A stretch of DNA of 64,000 nt from Styela clava (Eukaryota). This document shows positions 36,637 through 49,510 of this stretch, in pieces. The notes beneath the pieces are model-generated. The model made no database searches and was not told the DNA's origin. It saw nothing but the letters and a program-made list of their open reading frames with translations. The DNA is taken from contig NC_135255.1 of NCBI RefSeq assembly GCF_964204865.1, positions 17,980,001-18,044,000 on the forward strand, given 5' to 3'. Position numbers and translations under genes: made by a program. Numbering within the stretch: the first letter of the stretch is position 1; every line of letters starts with the position of its first letter.

Positions 36637-39600
36637 CTGTAGACTATTGTTACTTTAAAAAATTATACCCTACTACAATATAAAAAATCGACAAAAGCAT
36701 TCAGAAGAATAAGAAAAGACATTTAATATATAGTAATTTCGTCTCGTCAAACGTATATTTATTGGAAAATATGGAATAATATTACCAGAACACCAAAAAT
36801 AACATTTTCTATATTCTCTAAAAATAGCGCTATCGGTAAACACCTGAAAGTAAGCCAAGCGGATAAGTTAGTCTAAAATTACATCGAAGCAATACAGGAG
36901 AATGGTAACTGACACGCAAGGTACTATTCTAAAAGTAAAAAAGAACTTGCAACGTGCGGTTGACAAATGCGGATTCTCCCTTCAAATATGCAGCGAGGAA
37001 TGTTTGAAAATTTCAAAAAAAATTGTTGATTAGACAAGTTTTTCATAAAAAATTTTGTTTCTAAAAATAAACCCAAAATTATTTGTTTTATGTGTAAAAC
37101 ATGAAACGCCCAAAATTTTCGAAGTTTTCGCTGTGGCGTGGCAACGCAAGTTATTTGAAATTTTGTTAGAACTTCGTGCAAATCACTTTACCCAGGGTGC
37201 AATAAACTATGTAGGCAATACCGAATAAAAAAAAATTAAGATTATGTCAAAGGTATTTTACGAATTCAATCAAAATTACTGATTGAAAACGTATCTGATC
37301 TGGCGTCCTAACTCAATTTTCTTGCAATCTTGGTTAAGTTTATGTTATTATGAATTTGAATATTTAACCAATGACGTCATGGAGTGTGACGTCCTATATT
37401 TCAAATAAATCATAATACCAACGTCATCGATATTGTTTAAAAACCTTAATTTCCTTATAATTTCTCGCTATCTAGTTTGATTGTATATTCCCTAATTACC
37501 TCTAATTACCAAAAATTTATTAATTAACTCATTTGCAGGTAAAACTAAATTAGCCATCAGCGTAAAATCCCGACTCATAGTAACTAAAATATAATTACTG
37601 TGTATATTAAGCTTTACATCTTCCCAGATTATAAATTTGCATATAGTTGGCTTTTAGATTAATTCAGAATGCAGCTATTAAATGTAACAGTTTGATTATA
37701 CAATGGCGGTTGCTTGTCGATTAATGTGGTGACTAATATCGATAATGCTTTAAAACGGCGGTACTAAAATTTTGCGAATACCTGAACATGAACCTCTATA
37801 TTTTCACTTTTTCTTTTTTGAAAGACGTATAGATTCGTCAGTACTCCCGTAGTATGTGTACCAGTTTATGTTGAGGTCATAATTTCATTCCGATTTTCCT
37901 TATTTTAGTTCTATTACGAGCACGAATATAAAGACAGTGTTACAATGCATGAGTGCGAAACAGCTAAGATTAATCGCAATCTCAACAAATGTCTTCAGCT
38001 ATTTTTCAACTGAATCATTAACATTTGGTTTCAGTTTGGTTATGGCAGCATCAGGCGGGCTATATTAAATGACCCGAAGGCCTGGATTTGGCCCACGGCC
38101 GTAGTTTGCATATAAGCCTGTGTTAGAAGATAATATTTTACATTTTGCATTTCACTTGTGAAGACCAAATGCACGAAAAGACCTGGCCTTGTTCAAATGA
38201 AAATATCTACGACCTTATGGGAGTCTTGTACGAAGAGTATAGAATGCCGAATAGCAAAACACTATTTTCATTACTTTAGTAGTGACTGATTTGTGCAATC
38301 ATTGTTATCAATATGTTAGTTTCATTATTGGCGAATGCTACGCGATGCATAATTATAGCATTTTAGCAAAAACAAACGTTCCATCCTTAATAGAAATACA
38401 AATCCGACATAAAATATTTTGCTCCTTGAATTCAATTCTATACCATGTCAGACTGGCAAACTCTTAGTTGAAAGGTTCGCCACAAACTTTGATTGGCACA
38501 TTTATTTTGATTGTGTCTAGTCTGCCGTCTCAGACAGAGGTCAGACTTCCTCAGTCCATTGAACATTTGAAGATATATTAGAATAGCTAATATATATAAA
38601 ATACAGTAAGCTATGCTTGCAAGTCTGCACGTAGCTTCATAATTTACTGTGCGAATCGCCAGACGTTTCGAACTTTGCAATTTCACTTGGCCTGTTGCAC
38701 TCTGAGTGTAGGTCGAACTTTGAACCCGGAATATCAAAATCAATATGTCGGAATAAAGTCAGTCTGATATCATAAAGCAATGCCGCAGCAAATCATGTGG
38801 CAAGTTTCATCACGACGAAATTTTAAAATGATTGGAAATGGGAAAGTACAACCTTAACCTGGTACACATACGACGTTCCGGTGCCCGCCATCTCGGTTCG
38901 CATACTACAGGAGTACCGATTTAAGACGCATGTGGTGTAAATCAATTCTGCGTGATATTTTCTTATCGCCGGGGATTTCAACCTGGATCAGACGCATTTT
39001 AGGCGTCTTACGAGTGGGATATTTATAGCACAAAACATAACTCGCAACTCTAACGAGTAATTGTTACCTGGCTTATTCAAAGGAAGACTAGCCCAACTAG
39101 AAGAAACATTATATCATAGCCAATGTTCTAATGTCCATTCACTTGAACTTTATCTAGGCGGCCTTATTAAGTTTGTCTAGAATATCATTGGATTATGCCA
39201 AAGGCATCCATATTGGGTATTAGTTTTGTGGATGCTTGAGCTACGGCCTTTTTTTGTAATAATACATTAAATGAAAACAATATATTTTTCAAAATCGTGG
39301 AAGATTTTGGGGATCCTAAAATGAATATATTTTTATCGGTTTCAACCCCAAAATGTTGATTAGCCAAAATCACTTTTGATCACGTATTTTGTTCGATTCT
39401 CTTTTTATGTTACACTTAAATTGAAGTTAAATTTCCGTTTTTTTTGTAAGGCGGTCTAAAATTAGCCGCGGCGGGTTCTCCTTTATGGCGCCAAACATTG
39501 ATAAATAGGCAATTTCGTGCTCGCTGAATCGGTCGGAATGTTAGTTGGAGTCATATGCCCGCAGTCAAGTTTGCACTATATTCAAAAATTTTCGAATTTG

Positions 39601-40938
39601 GGAACAAATAGAACTAAACCAGAAACGGTACTTTTGTACACAACTAATTTTATGATCTGTCTTTTTCAATTGTGTTGTTTTTTAGGTTAGAACGTCAGGA
39701 TAAATTATCACTGATACGAAAAAGGCAGGTCATACCTCACCAAACAAAATGCTTTATTTCACATTTCAAAAGGGGGCCCGACCCTTCAACCCGATACGCC
39801 CATGTATAACACTTCTTGCTACTCATTCTATCTTTAGGAACTAAAAAATAGTTTTTCATTTAATGAAATTTGCTAGAACCGAGGTCACACGCACTCACAC
39901 GGGAACAAAGGGAACTGAATCTGAGTAGAAAAACGAGAAAGTCAATCCACAATAGATTATAGTGTAGATGTGAACAAAACTCATTTTTTTCGATATTTAA
40001 AAAAACAACTCGACAAATGGTACAATTGACACGAACACGCCACGGACAACCCATGCTGAGTTGTTCCGAGAAAGCTTAATCGACAAAACGAATTCATGAA
40101 AAACATTGTTCTAAAATTTGACGCGGATTCTTTTCCCCTTGTCAGTCAGATTTCTTTACAGATTATATATCCATTGACGCCGAAAACAATGAATCAGCAA
40201 ATAATAATAACAATAAATCTCTCAACGAGATGAGATAGTAGATTGATACAACTTAAGATATGCAACTCGCGATACCCAAGTATTTTATTTACGATGTGTT
40301 TCTACGCTCTATGTCAAAACAATTCTCTAAACCAGGGGTGTGCAACCTGCGGCCCGCGGGCCAAATCCGGCCCACAAGGGTAAGTTGTGCGGCCCGCGAA
40401 ACGATTTTTGAATTTAGTCTAGTCTGGCAAGTGCAAGTAATTCCAATCTCTTTGCGTTGGAAAGCCTATACCCGAGTCCAATTTATTATCTATGCCTATG
40501 ACGTCACAATGCCCTAACAGCTAGGTTGAGCTAGGCGAAACCCATGTCATTTGCGCCTGCAACTACTAGAGAGCCTTTGTTAACTAAAGGTGTCCCCGCG
40601 GTTTTATCCAGTTATTTGTATTTGTATTTGTATACTCTGGGTTCTAGGTCTCCATGCGGGCATGGAGCGGTTCTCAAGGGAGCACAAACAAAATCCCTCA
40701 ATAGGTACTATTTGCGATGGTTACATAAATTTAAAGTAAATGTAATGTAATTTATTCAAATCTTATTAAATAATTGCCAAACGCACAATCTTTATACTCT
40801 ATTACCCACTCTTAACGAGGTTTTAAACAAGCATACTTTCAATAATGATTGAAAAAGTCAAATTGAACAGATTGCTGACTCTTGCAATGTCGTCGAATCT
40901 GTCTTTAACTAATTAACTGACAAAAGCACAGAAAATTC

Positions 40939-41174
40939 GGTACTCCTGTAGTATGTGAACCAAGATGGCGGACACCGGAACGTAGTATGTGTATCAGGTT
41001 ATGGTTAGGCCATAATTTTATTCCAATTTTCCTTATTTTAGTTCTATTACGAGTCTGGGGACTAGCCAAGTGACTCATGTAGTATTTGTACCTAAAATTA
41101 TGGCCTAACCCTACCCTGGTACACATACTACGTACCGGTGTCCGCCATCTTGGTTCACATACTACAGGGGTATC
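40939..41174. mobile_element. Merlin-like MITE family A, long palindromic subtype (reference copy)
   Basis: ~80-bp TIRs starting GG; perfect 8-bp TSD gaaaattc (40931-38 / 41175-82). Confidence 0.75.
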
Positions 41175-41616
41175 GAAAATTCATTTACTTTTCAATCTCA
41201 CAATGGTCATTTGACGCAATGATAAATACTAGTAAAAGTTACTGAATATTTTTCATCGTGTAAGAAACAACGAATCCGTGATTGAGATAAAATCTAACAA
41301 TGGATTATAAGATTATACATCGAAGATTTATTGGTAATCGTTGATAAATTGATAGATACCGTAGTCAAGTTTTGCGTCAAAACAATAAGACCTGACAGTG
41401 ATATATGACATTCTATGCTTTGTGTTAGTGATTGAATAGGTTAAACATGTTGGTACCGCCTCACCAAAGGTGTAATGTATTACGTATGCAATGCGAACCG
41501 GAATGATTCTTGTCCTACCCCAAAAATCAATCCCCATCTCTCAGTAAGCCATAGCTGTAGTTTGCTTGTAAGCCTTTTTAGTCACATATCAAATTTAACT
41601 TCAAATAAGAAATTTC

Positions 41617-41789
41617 GGTACTGCCAAAGTATGTGAACCAAGATGGCGGACACTGAAACGTAGTATGTGTAACAGGTTAGGGTTAGGCCATAATTTTATT
41701 CCAATTCCCCTTAATTTAGTTTTATTACGAATTCGTGGACTAGCCAAGTTCCGGTGTCCGCCATCTTGGTTCACGACCTCGGGAGCCAC
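41617..41789. mobile_element. Merlin-like MITE family A, internally deleted copy
   Basis: Same sequence family; perfect TSD gaaatttc. Confidence 0.7.
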
Positions 41790-42899
41790 GAAATTTCTAG
41801 ATTTGAGTTTGAAACCAGGAATCGGAACTGTTCGAATATTTAGACTCTGACCCTGGAAGGTGCATCGAAGGCCAACTTTGCAGATCTGAAAAGCATTGTC
41901 TCTCCACTCAGCTATAAATTTGCGAGATCAAAACTTAATTAAAGGATGATCCCCCCAAAAATAACTAGAAAGTTTTTAAATTACTCCTACAAAAATGAAG
42001 AACATTTATTTAGCAATTCTGTTTGTGTATACAGATAGCCGAAAGTGTCATTAATTGGCGCTTTAGAAGTATGTGTACCAATATAGGAGTAACTAATTTT
42101 GTTCGCCTACTTTACTTTAATTAAGTTGTATAAAGGAACTGAAACCTATAGACAGGGCGTATGTTCACCTGGCTAACACAGACAGCCCCCGAATCGCAAT
42201 AGAACTAAAATGTTATGTTATCTGTAGAATGTGACCTGGATTCTGTTTTTTCCAGGGGTCAATAATAATTTTGAAATATTTTATTCAGTTATCAGAATCG
42301 AGAATGTTTTTATTCTTTAAACAAATAACTAGATATCCGTGACTGAGATACTAATCAAACACTTATTGATACTGATAATTTGATAACGTTTGACGTCATA
42401 CTGATTCTAACTCGTTAATGACAAATTGTGTAGAATTGCTCTTTCTGAATGTTTTGAAATTTTCAACTCAAAAAGCATTTAGTCTTTTTATTAATATAAT
42501 TATGATCCATCGGATGTAAGATTTCGCTTTATTAAAATAAAATTTAAACAAGGAAAAGTTCTGGTGCTACTATAACGTAAGATCTATTTCAAGCTAGTCA
42601 CCTCAAACTTTTTAGAATTTGTGAAGCCTCTCTAACAATAGGTTACAAATAACTGATAGTAAGGCAAAATTATGTTTGGAACGTAAATACTAGGATGAAA
42701 CGTAAATATCCAAGATAAGGCGGGCAAGATCAAATCTGACAAATATTTTTATTTTTTTTTATCTTAACGCCGCCTCAAAATATTGTCTACGCCGCCTTTG
42801 TGTTACGAGTCCCATTGTTTGAGACCGACCAAGCTGGTACAATAGCGAAAAATCTACCGCACTATGGAGTGACATCTAACTCAAGCTAATACTATAGCG

Positions 42900-43344
42900 C
42901 AGGGGTCGGGAACCTGCGGCCCGCGGGCCAGATCCGGCCCGCGGAGTAACATAATCCGGCCCGCGACGCTTCACTGAATTATAGTAACAAAACAGCTGTT
43001 TTGACGATATTTTTCTCGTTTCACAAATTATTGTGAGACGCGTTTAGACTAAATTATATTATAATCTAACAAGTATAAAATTCACAATTACTCGTTTAAT
43101 GAGCCTATAATTTAATTATAATTAGAAAAATGGCAACAAAACGCAGAAAGGGTTCAATGGCGCCGAAAATGCAATGCAATGAGGAAATAAACATATATTC
43201 TATTCGAGAGATGTATCACTGCTTCATTTTCAGTATAAAAAGTATCATCCGTTCGGTTTTCAACTTTCTAAAAATATGTGCGGCCCGCCAATGACTTGCA
43301 ACCCTTATTTTGGCCCGCGAGCGACAAAGGGTTGCCGACCTCTG
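42900..43344. mobile_element. hAT MITE with subterminal GGCCCGCG repeats (relatives at 5210-5660, 21473-21625, 30070-30354, 40333-40530, 52986-53090)
   Basis: caggggtcgggaacc...gggttgccgacctctg; TSD ctatagcg/c-atagcg. Confidence 0.75.
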
Positions 43345-46300
43345 CATAGCGTCAGGTCTACCGCCACATTTTCCACCCCGAATGGATATCACTTATTTAC
43401 AACTATAACCTGGATCGGTGACATATCGAGGTAGACCTTACGCTATAATTGCACAAGAGTTTGTAGTACAGGAACATTGAATTATTACGACAATTGAGCT
43501 TGTTTCATTGCACATTATTGATCATAACGCGTAGATATTTTCGATATCAAATTCTTAACGCATTTACCAACTTCTATACAATAACGACAAAAAATTTTTA
43601 CCTCATTAACATGAATTTACGAGAAGGAAAACATTTATCAAATGCGACAATTGTGTTTGTTTTTGTGCATACAAACGAAAATAAGGCGGCTGAATAGACG
43701 TATTTCTTTCCTGACGAAGTTGAAGGTTACTACTGAAACGCCAGAGGTACTAAAGTCATATAGGATTGCGATGTTGCATTAGGTACCAGTAAAGATTAGG
43801 CGTTTGCTTCGAAGCTGTTGATCAGAAAAACAACTATTTAGTGAATTTCAAGTAACTGTAAATATCGGAAAAAATTATTTTGATTTAAACTAGACGGTAC
43901 AAGACATGTGACAAGATGTAAAAATTAAGTTTCAAATTCCTTTTATTACGCAACAATAATTCTGTAATCCAAAATCCGAACTCTGAACATATGTCGCAAT
44001 CGCAAAATTTCCCGACTATGGTATGATTTAAATCTGTTTACAGCAGAACAAGTAGGTCCTCAGAATTTTCGCAATGAAGTTACCATGACACATAAATTTT
44101 CGAAGATTAAATAAATTCAAAGTATGATCCTTTTGAAGGTCGTACTATAGAAGAAGCCATTAGAGCTGATATTTGTCTACAATTAGCTTGTGGAAGACAT
44201 ACATGGTGTCCATAAAGTTCCTTTACAATTTCAATTTTGTTATGAAGTCGACTACGGCATGATTTAATTTGTTAGACAGGCAGAGCATTAGGCCACAACG
44301 GGACATATTTTTAAAAAATGTACTCAATTTTGTTTACTACTTTCCGACTTAGATATAGTATAGATTTTGTGGGACGTATCAAAACAATAGCGTGTTGCAA
44401 AGTACAAATCACAGCGGAACCAGAAAAAATTCAAAATTTTCCGATTATTTTCAAACATACAATTCATGACTAATGCGATTTTACAGTTCACTCTCCATAG
44501 ACAGACGATACCTTTAGCCCAATTTTTTCTTCAAAAACAAGGGCGTAACCTCGGGGATTTTTGAACTAAATTTACCTTCTTTAACCAGTCGTTAAGATAT
44601 TACATGAATCACTAAAACGTCAATAAAAGAATTCAGAATTTTCAGATATTCCGAGAATGTGCGACGATTATTTAGAACGATTCCCTGTGCAAGCAGCAAA
44701 TGATTATCAGCGAAAGGGTCTTTAGGAAAAATGGATCAACATGATATTCGGACAAAAATGAGGAAAATTGACAGGGTTGATAAGGAAATGCCGGGTGAAT
44801 TGCAGCCACCATTTTTTTAGCACCAAAACAAAGGCGTTGGCTGGGGGATTTTCTGAGTGAAATTGTACAGATTTACTGGGTTTGGCAAAATAATATGAAT
44901 CATTTAGACGTCAGTACAAAAGGTTGTAATTACCGACTTAAAGGGCGCAGCAATCAATGCAACCTTACAACTCTTTAAAAGCGCAAATTTGCAACACATA
45001 TGAAGTTATATATTAATGCTGTCAATGTTATGCGGGCGTATGACGGAGTTGCACTTCATTTATTATATATTATATAAAATAATATTTCATTTAAGAATTG
45101 ATACTCTCTAAAATGAGACTAATTAATTGTTATTGAAACAAAAGCGCGAAAATTTGCGGCACATATAAAGTTAGTTTTTGTGCCAGTCTTTTGGGCTAAT
45201 AATGGTGGGATAGCTGTTCAATTATTATATATTATAACAGCAATAATTTATACAAGTATTTAGTACTATCATATCATTTTTTGAAACCATATATTGTTTT
45301 GGCCCTCACAGATGTATTAAATGAGGTAAAAATACTTGAACAATTACTGATTGAAAAAACAACAAACCTGGTTAGGATATGTTGAGAACTGACTTCATAA
45401 CAAAATTGAATTTGTAATTGGACTTTATGGACACACTGTATACTGAAATCGTCAAAATTTGGAAGAATACTTTGTTACTCATAACGATACATAAAAAACG
45501 AATACACAAATATTATGGTTACTTTTAGCTCATAATATTTGCTTCACCTGGCCATGTTACGTATGCTACACATTTGAAGACAAAACAAAATTATTCTAGT
45601 ATTACCTAATGCTTTCCCAGTAGGTTGTTTACAACTTCGCCGGGGGATTTTGTTTAAATTCAACGAAGCCCGTAAACAACACTTGATACGAACTCAACAA
45701 AGCATATGATTCGCTTGAGATCCATTTAAAAATTTTACAATAACACTTGTCTTATTTACAGCGCCGAGTATGGCCTATTAGTGGGAAATTGAATGAGGCG
45801 AGATTTAGCACCGGACTTGGATCTACAAGCATTACTCCTAAGCAATGTTTGACTGATCATTTCCCCTTAGACGGGCTTTGTAGGACTTTTAAATATTTGT
45901 CTTGTGCTAAAAATAAGGTGTTGTTCAATTTAGAGTAAACTGTAGGGATAATAGGAGATATTATGTCTTTCAATAATACTCGTTTTTATCAAAATATTTT
46001 CTTTTTTTCAGCCTTTCGCCTGGCGACAATAAAGTATTCCAACCGAACAGCCAATGGTTAGTGTTGTTTCTGACATATAGACCATATTCTGAAGATTTCT
46101 TCATCAGAAACTTTACACCTGCCAGTTGTACACAGATCTTGTGTTGGGCGAAAATTATTCCTAGATCCCACTCTACCAATATTTGGAAAAATATCTCTTA
46201 GAAAAATATTTGGTAAACTTTCCTTTAATTTAATCAGGCGTTGGGCCTAGCTATGTCGGCAACGTGAATTAAATATCTGGAAAAAAAAATGCCATGATGT

Positions 46301-46442
46301 AATAATTTGGTTTGGCAATGCCAGACCGAAAGTATTAGGTTTAAAAACAGGAATTGCGTACGTATAACGTATTAGTGTACACTTGACAATCACCTATTGA
46401 GTCCGAACACCTGAAACCGGTCGTTCTCTGCATACCAATATA

Positions 46443-46652
46443 CAGGGTGTCCATAAAGTTCTTTACAAATCCTAATTTTGTTATGAAATCAGTTGCCAAT
46501 ATATCCTAACCAGGTTTGTTGTTTTTTAATAAGTATTTGTTTAAGTATTTTACTTCATTTAATTAATACATATGTGAGGGCTAAAACAATATATGGTATC
46601 GATGAATTTCCTTTGCAATTTTGAAAAAATTTGAGACTTTATGGACACCCCA
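46443..46652. mobile_element. Tc1/mariner-type MITE family B, ~210 bp (other copies 19253-19458, 24814-25134, ~30548-30750, 34413-34626, ~54555-54712; fragments ~25480-25553, 44200-44249, 45285-45438, ~59860-59920)
   Basis: TIR CAGGGTGTCCATAAAG...CTTTATGGACACCC flanked by TA dinucleotides; conserved internal sequence. Confidence 0.75.
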
Positions 46653-46785
46653 TATATGAGTGGTTACATGACAATGCCTTGTTCGGTGCAAAGGCGCAGA
46701 ATGAGTTAAAACGGAAATATTCCTTCTAAAAGAAAAAATAGCTTCATACATATCAATACCGGGTTTTAAAGAGCGTTATTTAGAG

Positions 46786-47127
46786 CAGAGTGGTCCAAGG
46801 ATGTCGGACTCGCGGGCCACAATATTATTTTTGTTTTGTTCGCGGGCCACAATAGTGCCAATAATAGGTAAACAGTGCAATATAAAACAAACATTTTTAT
46901 TGTCCAAACACTTGATCATTATTTGTCATTTATCAAGCCCAAACATGCAAAATTCACTACAAAACTCACTAAAACCTGCATTTAGTGTAAGATTTCAAAC
47001 TCTTCATAACGGAGAAAGTGTTACAGGGAGAAAATGTCGTTTTAGATTGTCACCAACAAAACTTGCAGGCATATCAAGCAAGCATTGTGGCACAAGTGGC
47101 CCGCGGGCCTGGGTTTGGACCTTGCTG
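46786..47127. mobile_element. hAT MITE
   Basis: cagagtggtccaa...ttggaccttgctg; perfect TSD atttagag. Confidence 0.8.
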
Positions 47128-47726
47128 ATTTAGAGAGAAATAATTTATCAACTCAAAAAACAAATACTTTATTTATTGAAGTCTCTAAATGTCAACGGGA
47201 AAATTCTATTTATTGCAAATGGGGCGTTACAAGATGATGAGAAAATAAAACTCTTGAACTTGGAAGTGCACCGTGACTTTGCCTCAATAACAAGTTGTTT
47301 TTCGAATATACATCGGGCGGAAGTAATGCGGTAGCGAAAACCGCAATTCTGAGAAACTCAGATACAATCTTTATTCTACTAAAAATTGTTTGGTAAGCGT
47401 TTTTTATTACTCAATACAAGCAAAAGTATAGACCCTTTCTTTCCCACAATACTAGATAATTATAAAGTTACTTAAAAACTATACTAAATCTACCTAAATT
47501 CTATGCTTGTAAACCAAATATTTTGTTTATTTTTTGCCAACGTAATTTTTTTTTGTCTGGACCGAAGCCACGAATTTTGTTCGGTATGCAGATCTTGTTT
47601 ACGGTCTCGTTAGAGGAATTTGCTTTGAAATGCATCAAATGCCACAAGATTGAAAGGTTATTGGACTTTCATGGATCCTTTTTGTTCAATTTTCTGAACA
47701 ATACACTCGAGTTTAAAACAAAATGT

Positions 47727-47962
47727 GGGGCTCCCGAAGTATGCGAACCAAGATGGCGGACATCGGAATGTAATATGTGTACTAGGTTAGGGTTAGGCCA
47801 TAATTTTAGGTATAAATACTACAGGAGGCTCTTGGCTAGTCTTCGAACTGATAATAGGACTAAAATAAAAAAAATTGAAAAAAAATTATCGCCTAACCCT
47901 AACCTGTTACCCATGTTACGTTCCGATGTCCGCCATCTTGGTTCGCATACTTCGGGAGCACC
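47727..47962. mobile_element. Merlin-like MITE family A, long palindromic subtype
   Basis: Long TIRs GG...CC; perfect 8-bp TSD caaaatgt. Confidence 0.75.
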
Positions 47963-48339
47963 CAAAATGTTCTATTTTCTCATTCATACAAACATTGGGC
48001 ACTATTTTGTTACTAATACCATAGCTTAAGGCAGCGTTCCCCCCAAACCAAGTATAACCCAGCATAATCGACGATCACTAGCTAAAATGCTAAGTTAACG
48101 CGGGTTAATCCTTCCTTTCAGTTCCTTAATATATAACCTAGCCCCACAGACGCCATTCTATCCACTAATTTTACACATGACTCGAAATCAGGGTACAGAG
48201 CGCATATTTTACGGTTCAACTTTAAACCTTTGGGGTATTTTAATCGCAGCTAATCTGGTAACGAATAGGCGTTTCATTAAATTATATACTTTCATCCTAT
48301 TACCTCCTACTAAGGAGCCGGATTCTGAGAATAGTTAGG

Positions 48340-49510
48340 GAACTTAGTGTAGTCCCATATAGAATACAATTTTCCACTTCAAAAAAAAGTACTGAAAGAT
48401 TTCCAGCTAAAATATATTTATAGTAATTTAAGTATACATACATTACACATACAGTGTAAATTTTTATACAAATTATTTCCCCAAATTTTGGACTTAAGAG
48501 TTAGGGGTTGCTAATATTAAAAGAAATTGTGATCTTAGTGTGGTCTAATAGGGTACAATTTTCTACTTTAATGATAAAAGAACTGAAAATCACCCCACTT
48601 TTAAAAATATATATATATATAGTAAATTAAGTATAGATATAACATTTTTATCTGAACTATTCCCCTCATAATTTCTAGTCGTAGAGTGAGGGTCACGCTA
48701 TCAGCATAGGTTGCCAATACGAGAAGAAAACTTAAAATTTCTGTGGATTTACTGGGTACAATTTTTAAACTCCAATGAAAAAAGACTGAAAAACGTCCAA
48801 CTTTCAATATATATAGTACATTTTAAGTATAGATATAAAATTTCCATCCCAATGATATTACATGTTTTAGATGATTTTACAATGATATTTATAGTTTTAG
48901 AGGATGGGATACCATTGGCATAGGTTGCCAATACGAGGAGAAAATGTAAAATGTCTGTGGTCTTACAGTGTACAATTTACTACCTCGACAGTAAAAAACT
49001 TCAAACTCAACGTTTGAGAATACATTTATAGTACATTAAGTATAGGTATAAAATTTATCCCAAATAATTTTGTTAGAGTTTGGTTACCATGTGCGTAAGT
49101 AGCCGGTACAAGAGGAAATTGTGACCTAAATGTGTGATCTTACAGGGTACAATTTGCTACTTCAATGAGAGAAGACTGAAAAATATACAGCTTCTAAAAT
49201 ATATTTATATATACCTATAAAATGTTATCTAAATTTTCGTCTCAGAGTTCGGGGTATGGGTTAACAAGAGCATAGGTTGACAAGATTAGAAGAAATTGTG
49301 ATCTTAGTGTGGTCTCACATGGTACAGTTTTCTACTTCAGTGGAAAAAAATAAATGAAAAACATCCAACATCTGGATATATACATATAGTGCAATAAGTA
49401 TAGATATAAAATTATATCTGAAAATATTTCCTCTAAATTTTAGTCTTAGAGTTTGGGTTAACATGGGTTTAGGTTGCTGATACAAGAAAAAGATTTATAC
49501 TTTGGATGTG
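48340..49510. repeat. Diverged tandem array, ~170-210-bp unit, ~6 copies
   Basis: Recurring tgtggtct..agggtacaatttt.ctacttcaatga...actgaaaa...tatatagta..ttaagtatagatataaa...ttagagt..ggg..cataggttg modules. Confidence 0.75.

Noticed and set aside
47523-48029. 168-aa ORF and similar short ORFs sharing MCTRLGLGHNF (7513, 40905, 41665, tail of 13491)
   Set aside because: These are translations of the family A MITE palindrome, not a protein family.
48340-49510. CRISPR array
   Set aside because: Eukaryotic context, no identical short repeats with unique spacers, no cas genes.
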